The position numbers and the translations under genes were made by a program. Below are positions 42,344-51,362 of a DNA stretch of 56,875 nucleotides, piece after piece. The notes beneath the pieces are model-generated. The model did no database searches. It was not told where the DNA came from and was given only the letters and a program-made list of their open reading frames with translations. Origin of the DNA: an uncultured Ardenticatenales bacterium (GTDB lineage: Bacteria; Chloroflexota; Anaerolineae; Ardenticatenales; JAADHH01); assembly GCA_964508275.1 (NCBI GenBank), contig CAZDTE010000001.1:26941-83815 (forward strand), given 5' to 3'. Each line of letters opens with the position of its first letter. The first letter of the stretch is position 1.

Positions 42344-42589
42344 TCTTGAGTCCCCCTTCAGGCAGTTTAGGCCAAGAGACTCGGCAACTACTACCCAGGC
42401 CACGCCTTGACTGGACGGCGAAATCCGGCCCCGCGAGCGTCGTTGCGAGCTCAACAAGGCGTCGGCGCACCACCCGGCGGGCAAGAAACGAATTCTGAGT
42501 TGTAACGAGTCCCACTGTTCTAATGATACTACGAAGTGGCGAAAAACGCCAATTCAGGGGGAGGAAATAGAAGGATTTGGAGGGAATGA

Positions 42590-44731
42590 CTAGCAGGAGG
42601 AGCCCCAGGCTGACGCGATGATCATCACGTCCAGGACGTTGATCACGCCGTCGCCGTTGCGGTCGGACTGCGGGTCGAACTCCGGGTCCGAGTTGCTGAG
42701 GTGCCAGTTGCCGGCAATGGTCTGTACCTCGTAGGCGGACACCTGACCGTCGCCGTTGAAATCTGGCAGAGTGCAGATCATCTCGTCGGCACCCATATCG
42801 GGAGCGGCCACACTATCGCCGTTGCCGTCGACCGGCCGGCCGTCGCCGTCAATATCCAGCGCAGGCACGTTGCTGCTTGTCCCCGCATCCACGACCGGTG
42901 ATCCGCCGCGCAGGTGGTAGTTGCCATTCGCCGGGTCCACGAATTGTGGGTCTGCCGAAATGTCACCGGTACCCGGAGCTGCCTGCCGGTAGTTAGCGAC
43001 ACTGCTGTTCCACACGTCGTTGTAAGACAGGGAAGGAGTGCCGCCGTACCCATCGGCATAGATGCCGTATGTGTGGTTGGCGACAATGTTGTTGTCGATT
43101 GCCGGGGAAGCCGGGTCGGCCAGGGTGCCGTAGACATAGATGCCCTCGCCGCTGCCCGGCGTGCCACCGACCGGCGCGGTGTTGTCGGCGATCGTGTTGT
43201 TGTAGATGGTCGGCGATGCGTTGCCCACGTAGATGCCTCCGCCCTTCATGAGGACACCGTTTTGCGCGATCAGGTTGTTGACGACCTCGCCGCTCGCCCC
43301 CGACTGGGTGAGGATCCCCCCGCCGTAGGAGTTGGTTGTGTTGCCCAGAATCTTGTTGCCCAAAACGCTCACCGCCGAACCGTTGACGACGAGGCCGCCT
43401 CCCCCTTGCACAGCGCGGTTGTCGCTCACCGTGTTCCCCTGGAATGTGCCGCCATCGCCGTTGAGGAAGTAGACGCCCCCGCCCCCGCCGGCCGTGGAGA
43501 CATTGTTGCTGATCGTGTTCCCTTCTATGGTGGCAGCAGAGTCGAGCGCCATGATACCCCCGCCGTTGATGGCCGTATGGTTATTGCTGATGTCGTTGCC
43601 GGTCAGGATAGCCGGACTGCTATTGAGCACGACACCTCCGCCGTAGCCGGTAGCCGTGTTACTTGTCACCGTATTGCTGATCACGGTTGGCGAGGACTGG
43701 TTTTCGATGTAAACGCCACCGCCGTCCGTTGCGGAGTTGTTGGAGATCGTGTTGCCGGAGACGAGGGGAGCAGCTCCCCCGTATATCTTTACGCCGCCGG
43801 CGATTCCAGGGTAGCTGGGGTCTGCCGAGGCATGGTTGTTCGTGATCGTGTTGTTTGTCAACTGGCCGGTGGAGTTATCCTGGATGACCACACCGCCGCC
43901 GTCGTAGCCGGTGACATTGCTGTCAATCGTGTTGCCGTCAATGATGGGTGCTGTTTGCATGCTGGCGATGATCCCGCCGCCGTAGAAGGTGGCCGTGTTG
44001 CCCTGAATCAGGTTGCCGACAAGCGTGGGGTTCATCCCGTTGTCCTTGATGTACAGCCCACCCCCATCCTCGGTCGCCGTGTTCCCCGTGATCTGATTGC
44101 CCTGCAACAGGGGCGATCCTCCCGCAAACATGCCTACACCGCCGCCAAACCGGGCCGTGTTCCCGTCAATCACGTTGTTCACCAGGGTCGGCGAGGAGCG
44201 GTTGTCGATGACGATTCCACCGCCAAATAGGGACGCCTGGTTCCCCGTGATATGGTTGTTCTCCACACGGATGTCTACTTCCCAATCAATGCGGATGCCC
44301 CCACCGCTATTGCCAACGATGTTGCCGCCACGGATGGTGAAACCGCTGATCAGGCTGGCGCTGGTGACGGGACCGAACCGGCCGGTCACCTCGATTACGG
44401 TACCGCCAGACGGCGACTCGATGGTGGTCGTGTCCGGGCCGTCACCCTGGAGGATGAGGTCTTTGTTTCCCCACCACAGCGTTTCGTAGTAGGTGCCGGC
44501 CAGGACATGGATCGTGCTGCCGGAGGGGGAATTGTTGATGGCGGTCTGGATGGAGGCATAATCGCACCCACTGGCGCACACCGTATAGGTGGTGGATGTG
44601 TCCGCTTCTGCTGCGGACGAGGTCCCGCCGAGCGGGCCGAGGAGAAGCAGGAGGAGAAAAGCAGCGCCTGCCCAACCGGCCGCTCTTCTCCAGTTCCGTA
44701 TTCCTATCGCCTTGCCTCGAAAAAGGTTCAT
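42590..44731 (-). CDS. Secreted right-handed parallel beta-helix (PbH1/CASH-like) repeat protein with a C-terminal dockerin-like double EF-hand module
   Basis: Signal peptide; YTVCASGCDYASIQTAINNSPSGSTIHVLAGTYYE; more than 15 coils with GGG(I/V) and N-x-I-x-x-N periodicity. C-terminus: CTLPDFNGDGQVSAYEVQTIAGNW...DRNGDGVINVLDVMIIASAWGSSC. Confidence 0.85.
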   Translation of the reverse strand: MNLFRGKAIGIRNWRRAAGWAGAAFLLLLLLGPLGGTSSAAEADTSTTYTVCASGCDYASIQTAINNSPSGSTIHVLAGTYYETLWWGNKDLILQGDGPDTTTIESPSGGTVIEVTGRFGPVTSASLISGFTIRGGNIVGNSGGGIRIDWEVDIRVENNHITGNQASLFGGGIVIDNRSSPTLVNNVIDGNTARFGGGVGMFAGGSPLLQGNQITGNTATEDGGGLYIKDNGMNPTLVGNLIQGNTATFYGGGIIASMQTAPIIDGNTIDSNVTGYDGGGVVIQDNSTGQLTNNTITNNHASADPSYPGIAGGVKIYGGAAPLVSGNTISNNSATDGGGVYIENQSSPTVISNTVTSNTATGYGGGVVLNSSPAILTGNDISNNHTAINGGGIMALDSAATIEGNTISNNVSTAGGGGGVYFLNGDGGTFQGNTVSDNRAVQGGGGLVVNGSAVSVLGNKILGNTTNSYGGGILTQSGASGEVVNNLIAQNGVLMKGGGIYVGNASPTIYNNTIADNTAPVGGTPGSGEGIYVYGTLADPASPAIDNNIVANHTYGIYADGYGGTPSLSYNDVWNSSVANYRQAAPGTGDISADPQFVDPANGNYHLRGGSPVVDAGTSSNVPALDIDGDGRPVDGNGDSVAAPDMGADEMICTLPDFNGDGQVSAYEVQTIAGNWHLSNSDPEFDPQSDRNGDGVINVLDVMIIASAWGSSC

Positions 44732-44915
44732 TGCCTTGTGTGCCGTTCGATGCCGGTAAAACTAAGGATTACACACTCCATCTACCGTTAGTATATCAGA
44801 GGGCGGAACCCGACACAATAGAGCTTTGGTAAGCAGCGAAAGGGACCAAAGTCCTGTGAGCGTATGGAGGCGAAACTTGTGCCAAGATGATTGTATCATT
44901 GAAAGAGAGCAATAG

Positions 44916-44953
44916 GTTAAAGTTCCGTTAAGGTATTGTTAACGTACGGTTAA
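44916..44953. promoter_or_regulatory. Four GTTAA boxes phased at exactly 11 bp, just upstream of a TGA-TACAAT extended -10 (minus strand)
   Basis: GTTAA occurs at 44916, 44927, 38 and 44949 (that is, 44916, 44927, 44938, 44949). On the minus strand, TACAAT is at 44895..44890 preceded by TG. The downstream gene starts at 44731. Confidence 0.5.
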
Positions 44954-44981
44954 CATAGAAGACCCGAGGGCTGGCAGGCGG

Positions 44982-47108
44982 TTAGCAATGTTGTCCCCAC
45001 ACAGATGTAATGAGAATCACGTCCAAAAGATCAACGCGCCCATCGCCATTGCGGTCGGCAGTCGGGGAAAACGGTGGGGCGCCCTGCTGCGTATGCCAGT
45101 GATCCGCCACCATCTGGATCTCTTCGACATCCACTTCTCCATTCCCGTTGATATCGAGGACCAGACAAATAAACTCGTCTGCTCCCATGTCGGCGACGGC
45201 AACTGAGTCATCATTCCCATCCTGGGGTCGGGTGTCGCCATCAAAGTCGTCTGCCGGCGCCGGTTCCGAACCGGCGTCCACCGCCGGCGAATTCCAAATC
45301 AGATGCACATCCCCCAGTGGGCGGTTGGCAAACAACGGGTCCGCCGAGATGTCTGTCGTCCCCGGAGACACGTTACCGTAGTGGGAAACAGCGCTTTCCC
45401 AGAAATCGTTGTGGGATAGAAGCGGCGTGGCCAGGCTACCCCACACGAAGATCCCGTAAGAGTGCCCGACAACCACGTTGTTCGTGATCGGCGGCAGCGA
45501 GCCTCCCTCCCCTGCACTGCCATAAACGTAGATTCCTTCGCCGGCGCTCGGCTGGCCTTGCACCAGCGCCTGGTTGTCCACAATAGAGTTGTTCAGCAGC
45601 GCGGGAGAGGCGTTGCCAACGTAGATTCCGCCTCCGCCGGCCAACGCACCGTTGCCCACAATTTGATTGTTGACGACCGAAGCATCGCTGCCGGACTGAA
45701 TGAGTAGGCCCCCTCCCCAGGTGCCGGCGGTATTGCCGGCCACCAGGTTATGGCTCACCGTCATTGACGAGCTGTGTGTAACCAGGCCACCGCCACCGTA
45801 GGCCGCGCGATTCTCGGAGACGGTGTTGTGAGAGAATTCGGCTCCCCCACTGCCCAGGAAATAGATACCTCCGCCATCTCCGGCGCTTGATTCGTTGTGT
45901 GCAATCCTGTTTTCCTCGAAGGTCGGAGTGGCGGAAAGGACAAGCACTCCCCCGCCGCTTGCCGCAGACAGGTTGCCGGTGATCACGTTGGTGGCAAACC
46001 AGGGGTTCCCCCTGTTGACCACAACCCCGCCGCCCCTGCTCTCGGCTGTGTTGCCCTCAACCGTGTTGTTCGTAATGGCCGGGCTGGAGAAGTTCTCGAC
46101 GTACATGCCGCCGCCGTCGTACCCATAGTTACCCGAAACATCATTGCCAGAAATCAAGGGATTGGAATAGCCCCATACTTTGACCCCGCCTCCAATTCCG
46201 TTGAAGCTAGGATCAGCAGAGGCCTGGTTGTTCGTGATCACGTTGTTCGTCAACTGACCGCCCGAATACTGCTGGATGATGACGCCTCCGCCATCGTACC
46301 CCGCCGTATTGCTGTCAATGGTGTTCCCTTCGATCACCGCTGCGGTCTGGTTGCCGGCGATGATGCCGCCGCCGAAATGACTGGCCGTGTTCCCCTGGAT
46401 CAGGTTCTCGCTGATCGTTGGGTTCGAACCACTGTCTTTGACATACATTCCCCCGCCGTCCAGTGTGGCCACGTTGGTCAGGATTTGGTTGCCCTGCAAA
46501 GCTGGTGACCCGCCGCCGAACATCCCCACACCGCCACCCAATTGCGCGGTGTTGCCCTCAATGACGTTGTTGGCCACCGCCGGCGAGGCACCCATCGCGA
46601 CGGCGATCCCGCCACCGAACAGGCCGGCCTGGTTACCCATGATGTGGTTGTCCTCAATGCGCGGGCTCGCGCCCCACAGGATGCCGATGCCCCCACCGTT
46701 GCCGCTGGTATTGCCACCCTGAATCGTGAATCCGGCGATCAGGCTGGCGCTGCTGACCGGTCCGGACCAGCCTGTTATCTCGATCACTGTGCCGCCGGAC
46801 GGCGCTTCGATCGTGGTCTGAGCGGCACCGCTTCCTTGCAGGACGAGGTCTTTGCCGGTCCAGTACACGTTTTCGTAGTACGTGCCGGGGAGGACGTTGA
46901 TCGTGCTGCCGGGGGGAACGCTGTCTATCGCGGTCTGAATGGCTGGGTAATCACATCCGCTGGCACACACGGTGTAGGCCGCGCCCGGCAATGCGCTTGC
47001 GGATGGTGATATAGTGATGAGCAGAAGTAGCAGACAACCAACCGAAATTATCCAGGCCCGGCGGTGCTGCAATATCTGTTGCCAGAAGCGCTTACGTTTG
47101 GCTCTCAT
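44982..47108 (-). CDS. Paralogous secreted parallel beta-helix repeat protein with a dockerin-like C-terminus
   Basis: YTVCASGCDYPAIQTAIDSVPPGSTINVLPGTYYE; the same coil periodicity. C-terminus: CLVLDINGNGEVDVEEIQMVADHW...DRNGDGRVDLLDVILITSVWGQHC. Confidence 0.85.
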   Translation of the reverse strand: MRAKRKRFWQQILQHRRAWIISVGCLLLLLITISPSASALPGAAYTVCASGCDYPAIQTAIDSVPPGSTINVLPGTYYENVYWTGKDLVLQGSGAAQTTIEAPSGGTVIEITGWSGPVSSASLIAGFTIQGGNTSGNGGGIGILWGASPRIEDNHIMGNQAGLFGGGIAVAMGASPAVANNVIEGNTAQLGGGVGMFGGGSPALQGNQILTNVATLDGGGMYVKDSGSNPTISENLIQGNTASHFGGGIIAGNQTAAVIEGNTIDSNTAGYDGGGVIIQQYSGGQLTNNVITNNQASADPSFNGIGGGVKVWGYSNPLISGNDVSGNYGYDGGGMYVENFSSPAITNNTVEGNTAESRGGGVVVNRGNPWFATNVITGNLSAASGGGVLVLSATPTFEENRIAHNESSAGDGGGIYFLGSGGAEFSHNTVSENRAAYGGGGLVTHSSSMTVSHNLVAGNTAGTWGGGLLIQSGSDASVVNNQIVGNGALAGGGGIYVGNASPALLNNSIVDNQALVQGQPSAGEGIYVYGSAGEGGSLPPITNNVVVGHSYGIFVWGSLATPLLSHNDFWESAVSHYGNVSPGTTDISADPLFANRPLGDVHLIWNSPAVDAGSEPAPADDFDGDTRPQDGNDDSVAVADMGADEFICLVLDINGNGEVDVEEIQMVADHWHTQQGAPPFSPTADRNGDGRVDLLDVILITSVWGQHC

Positions 47109-47333
47109 TGATGGCGGGTTCCGCGCGTAGTCAATTTTATGCTGTCAGCACCCAGGTTTCGTTCCCACACGGCACGCCAACACATGACAAATACAGCGCC
47201 AAAAAAAGAAAAGAAAGAGGAGGGGGTTCGACTTGCCCATCTGCTGCCCGGTTAAGGCAGCTACCCATACACCATGCCAAGTATACCACACATGCGTAGT
47301 TTTGTACAATGGGACTTTGGTCCCTATCGCACG

Positions 47334-49715
47334 CTACCGTCGCGGCGTTTTAGCTCGAATCTGGTGGCGATACACCCGTTCCATGTCGGCCACATAGCGC
47401 TCCACGCTGTACAACTCCTGCACGCGCGCCCGGCCGGCCGTGCCCATGCGCCGGCAACGGTCAGGATCCGTGAGCAGCAGGGCGATCGCATCGGCCAGGG
47501 CGTCTGCATCCTGCGGCGGAACGAACAGACCGGTCTCCCCCGCGACTACGATGTCCAGCGGCCCCCCCTGGCGGGTGGCGATAACCGGCTTGCCCGCGGC
47601 CATCGCTTCAATCAAGCTGATGCCGAAAGGTTCCGGCGTCACGGATGGTAGGACGAAGATGTCCATCGCGGCCAGCAAGTCGGGCACGTCCTGCCGGAAA
47701 CCGGTCCAGTGCACGCGATCATCAAGGCCCAACTCCTGAGCGTCCTGCTGTAAGGCCGCGAACTGCCCCTCCTGACCGGGAACCGTGCCGCCTACCATCA
47801 AGAGGTGAAAACCCGAATGTTCGGCCCTCAGGCGCGCCGAAGCCTGGAGCAGAATGTCCTGTCCCTTCCACCAGTGCAACCGGCCAACGGTGCCCACGAC
47901 GGCCACCTCCGGAGGGATTCTGAATTCCTGGCGTGTCGCTTCCCCGTCGGTCTGCGGATCGAAGCGGTCTAGCGAAATCCCGTTGGGCACGAGCACCGTT
48001 TTGGCCCGCGCGCGGGCGTTGGAACCGCAAATCCAGTCGCGGATGGCCGTGGAGATGACGACCAATTGGGTGGAAAGTGCCGGCACGATGCGCGAGAACA
48101 GCCAGGCCAACAGGGCCGGGCGGGTCACGATCTCGTGGACGTGCCAGATGTGCGGGCGCCGGCTCAGCCAGGCCGCCCACGCACCGGGGAGCACGGCCAC
48201 GGTGTTCGAGTGGACCAGGTTCACCCCCTCCCGCCGGATTATGCGCAGGAGGGCCAGCGTGGACATTGTCATGGCCAGAACATAGCGGAGCGCTCCCCAC
48301 GGCGTGTAATACCGTCGGCGGAGCACGGCCAGGCCAACCCGGAAGACCGGCACACCCAGTTCCTCCAATGAGGCCGACAGGGCGCCCTCATAGGGCAAAT
48401 CGTCCGGAAGCACGACCAACGGGCGGAACTGGGTTTGGTCCAACCCGCGCAGAAGGTGCAGAAGTGCCCAGTCGGAGCCGTACAGTTCGTCGCTGCTGTG
48501 GACGATCAGAACGGTCGGTCGCCGCGCCGGCGGCACCAGTTCGTCGTAGACAGCCGTCCATTTTTCGACGAACGGCCCCAGGGAAAACAAAGCCTTCCGC
48601 CGTTCGCGTCCCCGCTGGCCCATGGCCTGCCGTTTCTCGGGTTCTTCAATCAGATCGCCAATCGCTTTAGCGAACAGATCTGGCCGGTCCGGTTCGATCA
48701 GGTACCCCGTCGCCCCGTGCTCGACCATCTCGATGCTGCCGCCGTGGGCGTTGGCAACCACCGGTTTCCCGGCTGCCATCGCTTCCAGAACAACGGTCGG
48801 GAAGGGGTCTGGCAGGATAGAGGGCAAGACAAAAATGTCAAAGGCGTCCAGGACAGCCGGGATGTCGGTACGGAAATCGCTGACCGTGATCCGCCCAATA
48901 AGATCGAGATCTGCTGCCAGCCGGTTCAGGTCGTTAACGAGTCGTTCCTGTCCCGGAAACGTTCCGCCGACCACGGCGAAGTGGGCGGCGGGGTGCTGCT
49001 CGGCGACGGTGCCGGCCACTTTGAGGAAGTAGTCTTGTCCCTTCCAATGGCTGATCCGCCCAACCATCCCCACCAGCGGCTGGTCGGCCGCCACACCCCA
49101 TTCCTCGCGCACCTGTTGACCCTGTCCACTCATCGCATCGAATCGCGACGTGTCAATCCCGTTGTGGATGACCGTTGTGATCTCAGCGTTTCGCTTGTCA
49201 GCCGCGCACAGATGATCTCGCGTGGGGCCAGAGACAACGACCACTTGGTCGGAAAAGCGAGGCAGGAGCCAGGATGTTAGCCGCCAGAGGAACCCAGGGT
49301 GCACGATGATTTCGTGGACGTGCCACACGTGAGGCTTGCGCGTCAGGCGAGCGGCCAGCGCGCCCGGAATGACGCCCAGCGTGTTGCTGTGCACGATGTC
49401 GACGTCCTCTTGCCGTATGAGGTGGGCCAGGGAGATCGTGGACAGGATCAATCGAAGCAGGTACAGAACGAAGCCGTACGGAGTCAGATACTTGCGGCGC
49501 AGAATGGCCGTCTTCATGTGCACCGTCTTGATCTGCCGCTCACGCAAAGCCGCCGTCAACAAGCCCTTGTACGGCACGTCCGTGGGCAGTACGACGACGG
49601 GACGGAAACGGGTTTTGTCCAGCCGCTCAACGAGTTGCAGCAGGATCAGGTCGGCGCCGTACAGCTCGTCGCTGGAGTGCACGTAGAGGATCGTGCGCCG
49701 GCGGTCAGCGTTCAT
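47334..49715 (-). CDS. Fused double GT4 glycosyltransferase (two complete GT-B modules in one 793-aa ORF)
   Basis: Module 1 begins ILYVHSSDELYGADLILLQLVERLDKTRFRPVVVLPTDVPYKG. Module 2 begins VLIVHSSDELYGSDWALLHLLRGLDQTQFRPLVVLPDDLPYEG. Each ends in an E-x7-E-type region (FVLPSILPDPFPTVVLEAMAAGKPVV and FVLPSVTPEPFGISLIEAMAAGKPVI). Confidence 0.88.
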   Translation of the reverse strand: MNADRRRTILYVHSSDELYGADLILLQLVERLDKTRFRPVVVLPTDVPYKGLLTAALRERQIKTVHMKTAILRRKYLTPYGFVLYLLRLILSTISLAHLIRQEDVDIVHSNTLGVIPGALAARLTRKPHVWHVHEIIVHPGFLWRLTSWLLPRFSDQVVVVSGPTRDHLCAADKRNAEITTVIHNGIDTSRFDAMSGQGQQVREEWGVAADQPLVGMVGRISHWKGQDYFLKVAGTVAEQHPAAHFAVVGGTFPGQERLVNDLNRLAADLDLIGRITVSDFRTDIPAVLDAFDIFVLPSILPDPFPTVVLEAMAAGKPVVANAHGGSIEMVEHGATGYLIEPDRPDLFAKAIGDLIEEPEKRQAMGQRGRERRKALFSLGPFVEKWTAVYDELVPPARRPTVLIVHSSDELYGSDWALLHLLRGLDQTQFRPLVVLPDDLPYEGALSASLEELGVPVFRVGLAVLRRRYYTPWGALRYVLAMTMSTLALLRIIRREGVNLVHSNTVAVLPGAWAAWLSRRPHIWHVHEIVTRPALLAWLFSRIVPALSTQLVVISTAIRDWICGSNARARAKTVLVPNGISLDRFDPQTDGEATRQEFRIPPEVAVVGTVGRLHWWKGQDILLQASARLRAEHSGFHLLMVGGTVPGQEGQFAALQQDAQELGLDDRVHWTGFRQDVPDLLAAMDIFVLPSVTPEPFGISLIEAMAAGKPVIATRQGGPLDIVVAGETGLFVPPQDADALADAIALLLTDPDRCRRMGTAGRARVQELYSVERYVADMERVYRHQIRAKTPRR

Positions 49716-50389
49716 TCTTCGGCCCCCACCTGTTCATCGGGATTCCGCCAGCCACGGACGCTGGCCGGCACGCCCCCCACAATGGCATAGGGCGGCACAT
49801 CTTTCGTGACGACGGCCCCAGCCGCGACAATCGCTCCTCGGCCGATCCTGACCCCGGCCAGGACGGTGCTACCACTGGCCAGCCAGCAATCATCCTCGAC
49901 CATGATCGGCTCCCAGGTGACCCCCTGCTCCTTCATCGGGATGTCAGGCCGCGCGAAGTTGTGATTCTCCGCGTACAGATTCACGTTTGGCGACATCAAC
50001 ACGTTTTCGCCGATCTCGATGCCACCGGAGCAGCCGATGTAACAGTAGGCGCCGATGTTGGAGTGGTTTCCAACGCGCAGCCCGATACCGATCTCGCGGC
50101 CGTAGTACCCCGAGGGTCGGATCATCGCGAACCGCCCAACGGTCACGTGGTCGCCAATGACGATCCCCTGTTTCGAAAGCCCCTGGATCTCGCTGTAATC
50201 TTCCGCGACGAACTTGTCCCCTACCGAAATGTCCTGTGGGTTGCGGATGGTGACTTTCTTGCCGATCAACACCAGCCCGGGGGCGTTCTTGAGCCAGAGT
50301 TTCCACCACAATCCGCGCAGGAACATAGGGCCCACCTTGTGGGCCAGCTGAATCACCGCCAGCGGTGGGCGACCTGCAAACCTGTTCAC
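49712..50389 (-). CDS. Hexapeptide-repeat (left-handed beta-helix) O-acetyltransferase
   Basis: This is the C-terminal part of ORF-track entry 49712..50872. GTG 50389 has GGGGGAG 6 nt upstream and lies after the stop of the upstream GT2. Hexapeptide repeats IGDHVTVG..., IGENVLMSPNVNL, VEDDCWLASGSTVLAGVRIGRGAIVAAGAVV. ATGA overlap with the next gene. Confidence 0.8.
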   Translation of the reverse strand: MNRFAGRPPLAVIQLAHKVGPMFLRGLWWKLWLKNAPGLVLIGKKVTIRNPQDISVGDKFVAEDYSEIQGLSKQGIVIGDHVTVGRFAMIRPSGYYGREIGIGLRVGNHSNIGAYCYIGCSGGIEIGENVLMSPNVNLYAENHNFARPDIPMKEQGVTWEPIMVEDDCWLASGSTVLAGVRIGRGAIVAAGAVVTKDVPPYAIVGGVPASVRGWRNPDEQVGAEE

Positions 50390-50405
50390 CTTTAGCTCCC
50401 CCGAC

Positions 50406-51362
50406 TCATGGATGTGCCCCTCGCGAAGCTCCCAGGGCCGCCTTTGTGTATTCCACAAACTTGCGGGCTTCCGAACGCCACAACGCCTTGTTCTGGCCCC
50501 CCAGAAACCCTCGCCCGGCATACAAGGTGGCGCGCATGGCCAGCCCCGAGACCAGGATGGCGTCGAACAAAAACCTGCGCCACCGCGAGGGGCGATCGCG
50601 GCGGATGAAGTAGCTTCGCAGGCTGCGCACCCACATGACGGAGACCGGCTTGTTCTTGTCGACGCTGGCACCCAGACGATGCTCGACGACGGCCTCCGGC
50701 ACATGAAACAGCTTCCATCTGCGGATGGCCATCCGATGGCACCACTCCATGTCCTCCGCGTACATGAACCACTCCTCGCTGAGCGGCCCGACCTGGCGGA
50801 TAGCGGCTGCCCGCACCAGGAGACACGCGCCCGAAATCCACTCCACCGGCCTGATACGGTCGTCATGCACACCCAACCGCAGGTTCAGCCCCCGAAAGAA
50901 ACTCCTCTCCGGGAAGAGGGCTGAGAGTCCAAAATAGTGGTTGAACAATGTGCGGATGGTCGGCTGGTAGCCGCACGACAGAACTTGCAGACGCATGTCC
51001 GGGTGGATCACCTTCGGCCCCACGGCGCCGGCCTCTGGATGATCTTCCATGAAGCGCACGAGCAGGTCGAGGGCATCGTCCAGGACTCGCGTGTCCGGGT
51101 TGAGCAGCAGCACGTGCTCGGCAGAGCAGAGCGGGAGCACCTGGTTGTTCGCAGCGGCGAAGCCCACATTCGTGTTGTTTCGGAACAGGCGAACCTGAGG
51201 GAATTGCTCCTGTACCATTTCGGCGCTGCCGTCCACGGAATCGTTGTCCACGACAAACACCTCAAGCGACAGTCGCCGGCTCCCAGCAAAGACAGTTTGC
51301 AGACAGTCCCGCAAGAGGTCCCTCGTGTTCCAGTTGACAATTACTATGGAAAGGTCAGCCAT
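50406..51362 (-). CDS. GT2-family glycosyltransferase
   Basis: MADLSIVIVNWNTRDLLRDCLQTV...VFVVDNDSVDGSAEMV...NVGFAAANNQ; the DxD region is present. Confidence 0.88.
   Translation of the reverse strand: MADLSIVIVNWNTRDLLRDCLQTVFAGSRRLSLEVFVVDNDSVDGSAEMVQEQFPQVRLFRNNTNVGFAAANNQVLPLCSAEHVLLLNPDTRVLDDALDLLVRFMEDHPEAGAVGPKVIHPDMRLQVLSCGYQPTIRTLFNHYFGLSALFPERSFFRGLNLRLGVHDDRIRPVEWISGACLLVRAAAIRQVGPLSEEWFMYAEDMEWCHRMAIRRWKLFHVPEAVVEHRLGASVDKNKPVSVMWVRSLRSYFIRRDRPSRWRRFLFDAILVSGLAMRATLYAGRGFLGGQNKALWRSEARKFVEYTKAALGASRGAHP

Noticed and set aside
44841-44860. AAAGUCC-containing motif as a possible RNase P RNA CR-I element
   Set aside because: Only the short AAAGUCC core matches. The flanking GAGGAAAGUCCGGGC context and the other conserved regions are absent, and the same 13-mer recurs at 47311-47324.
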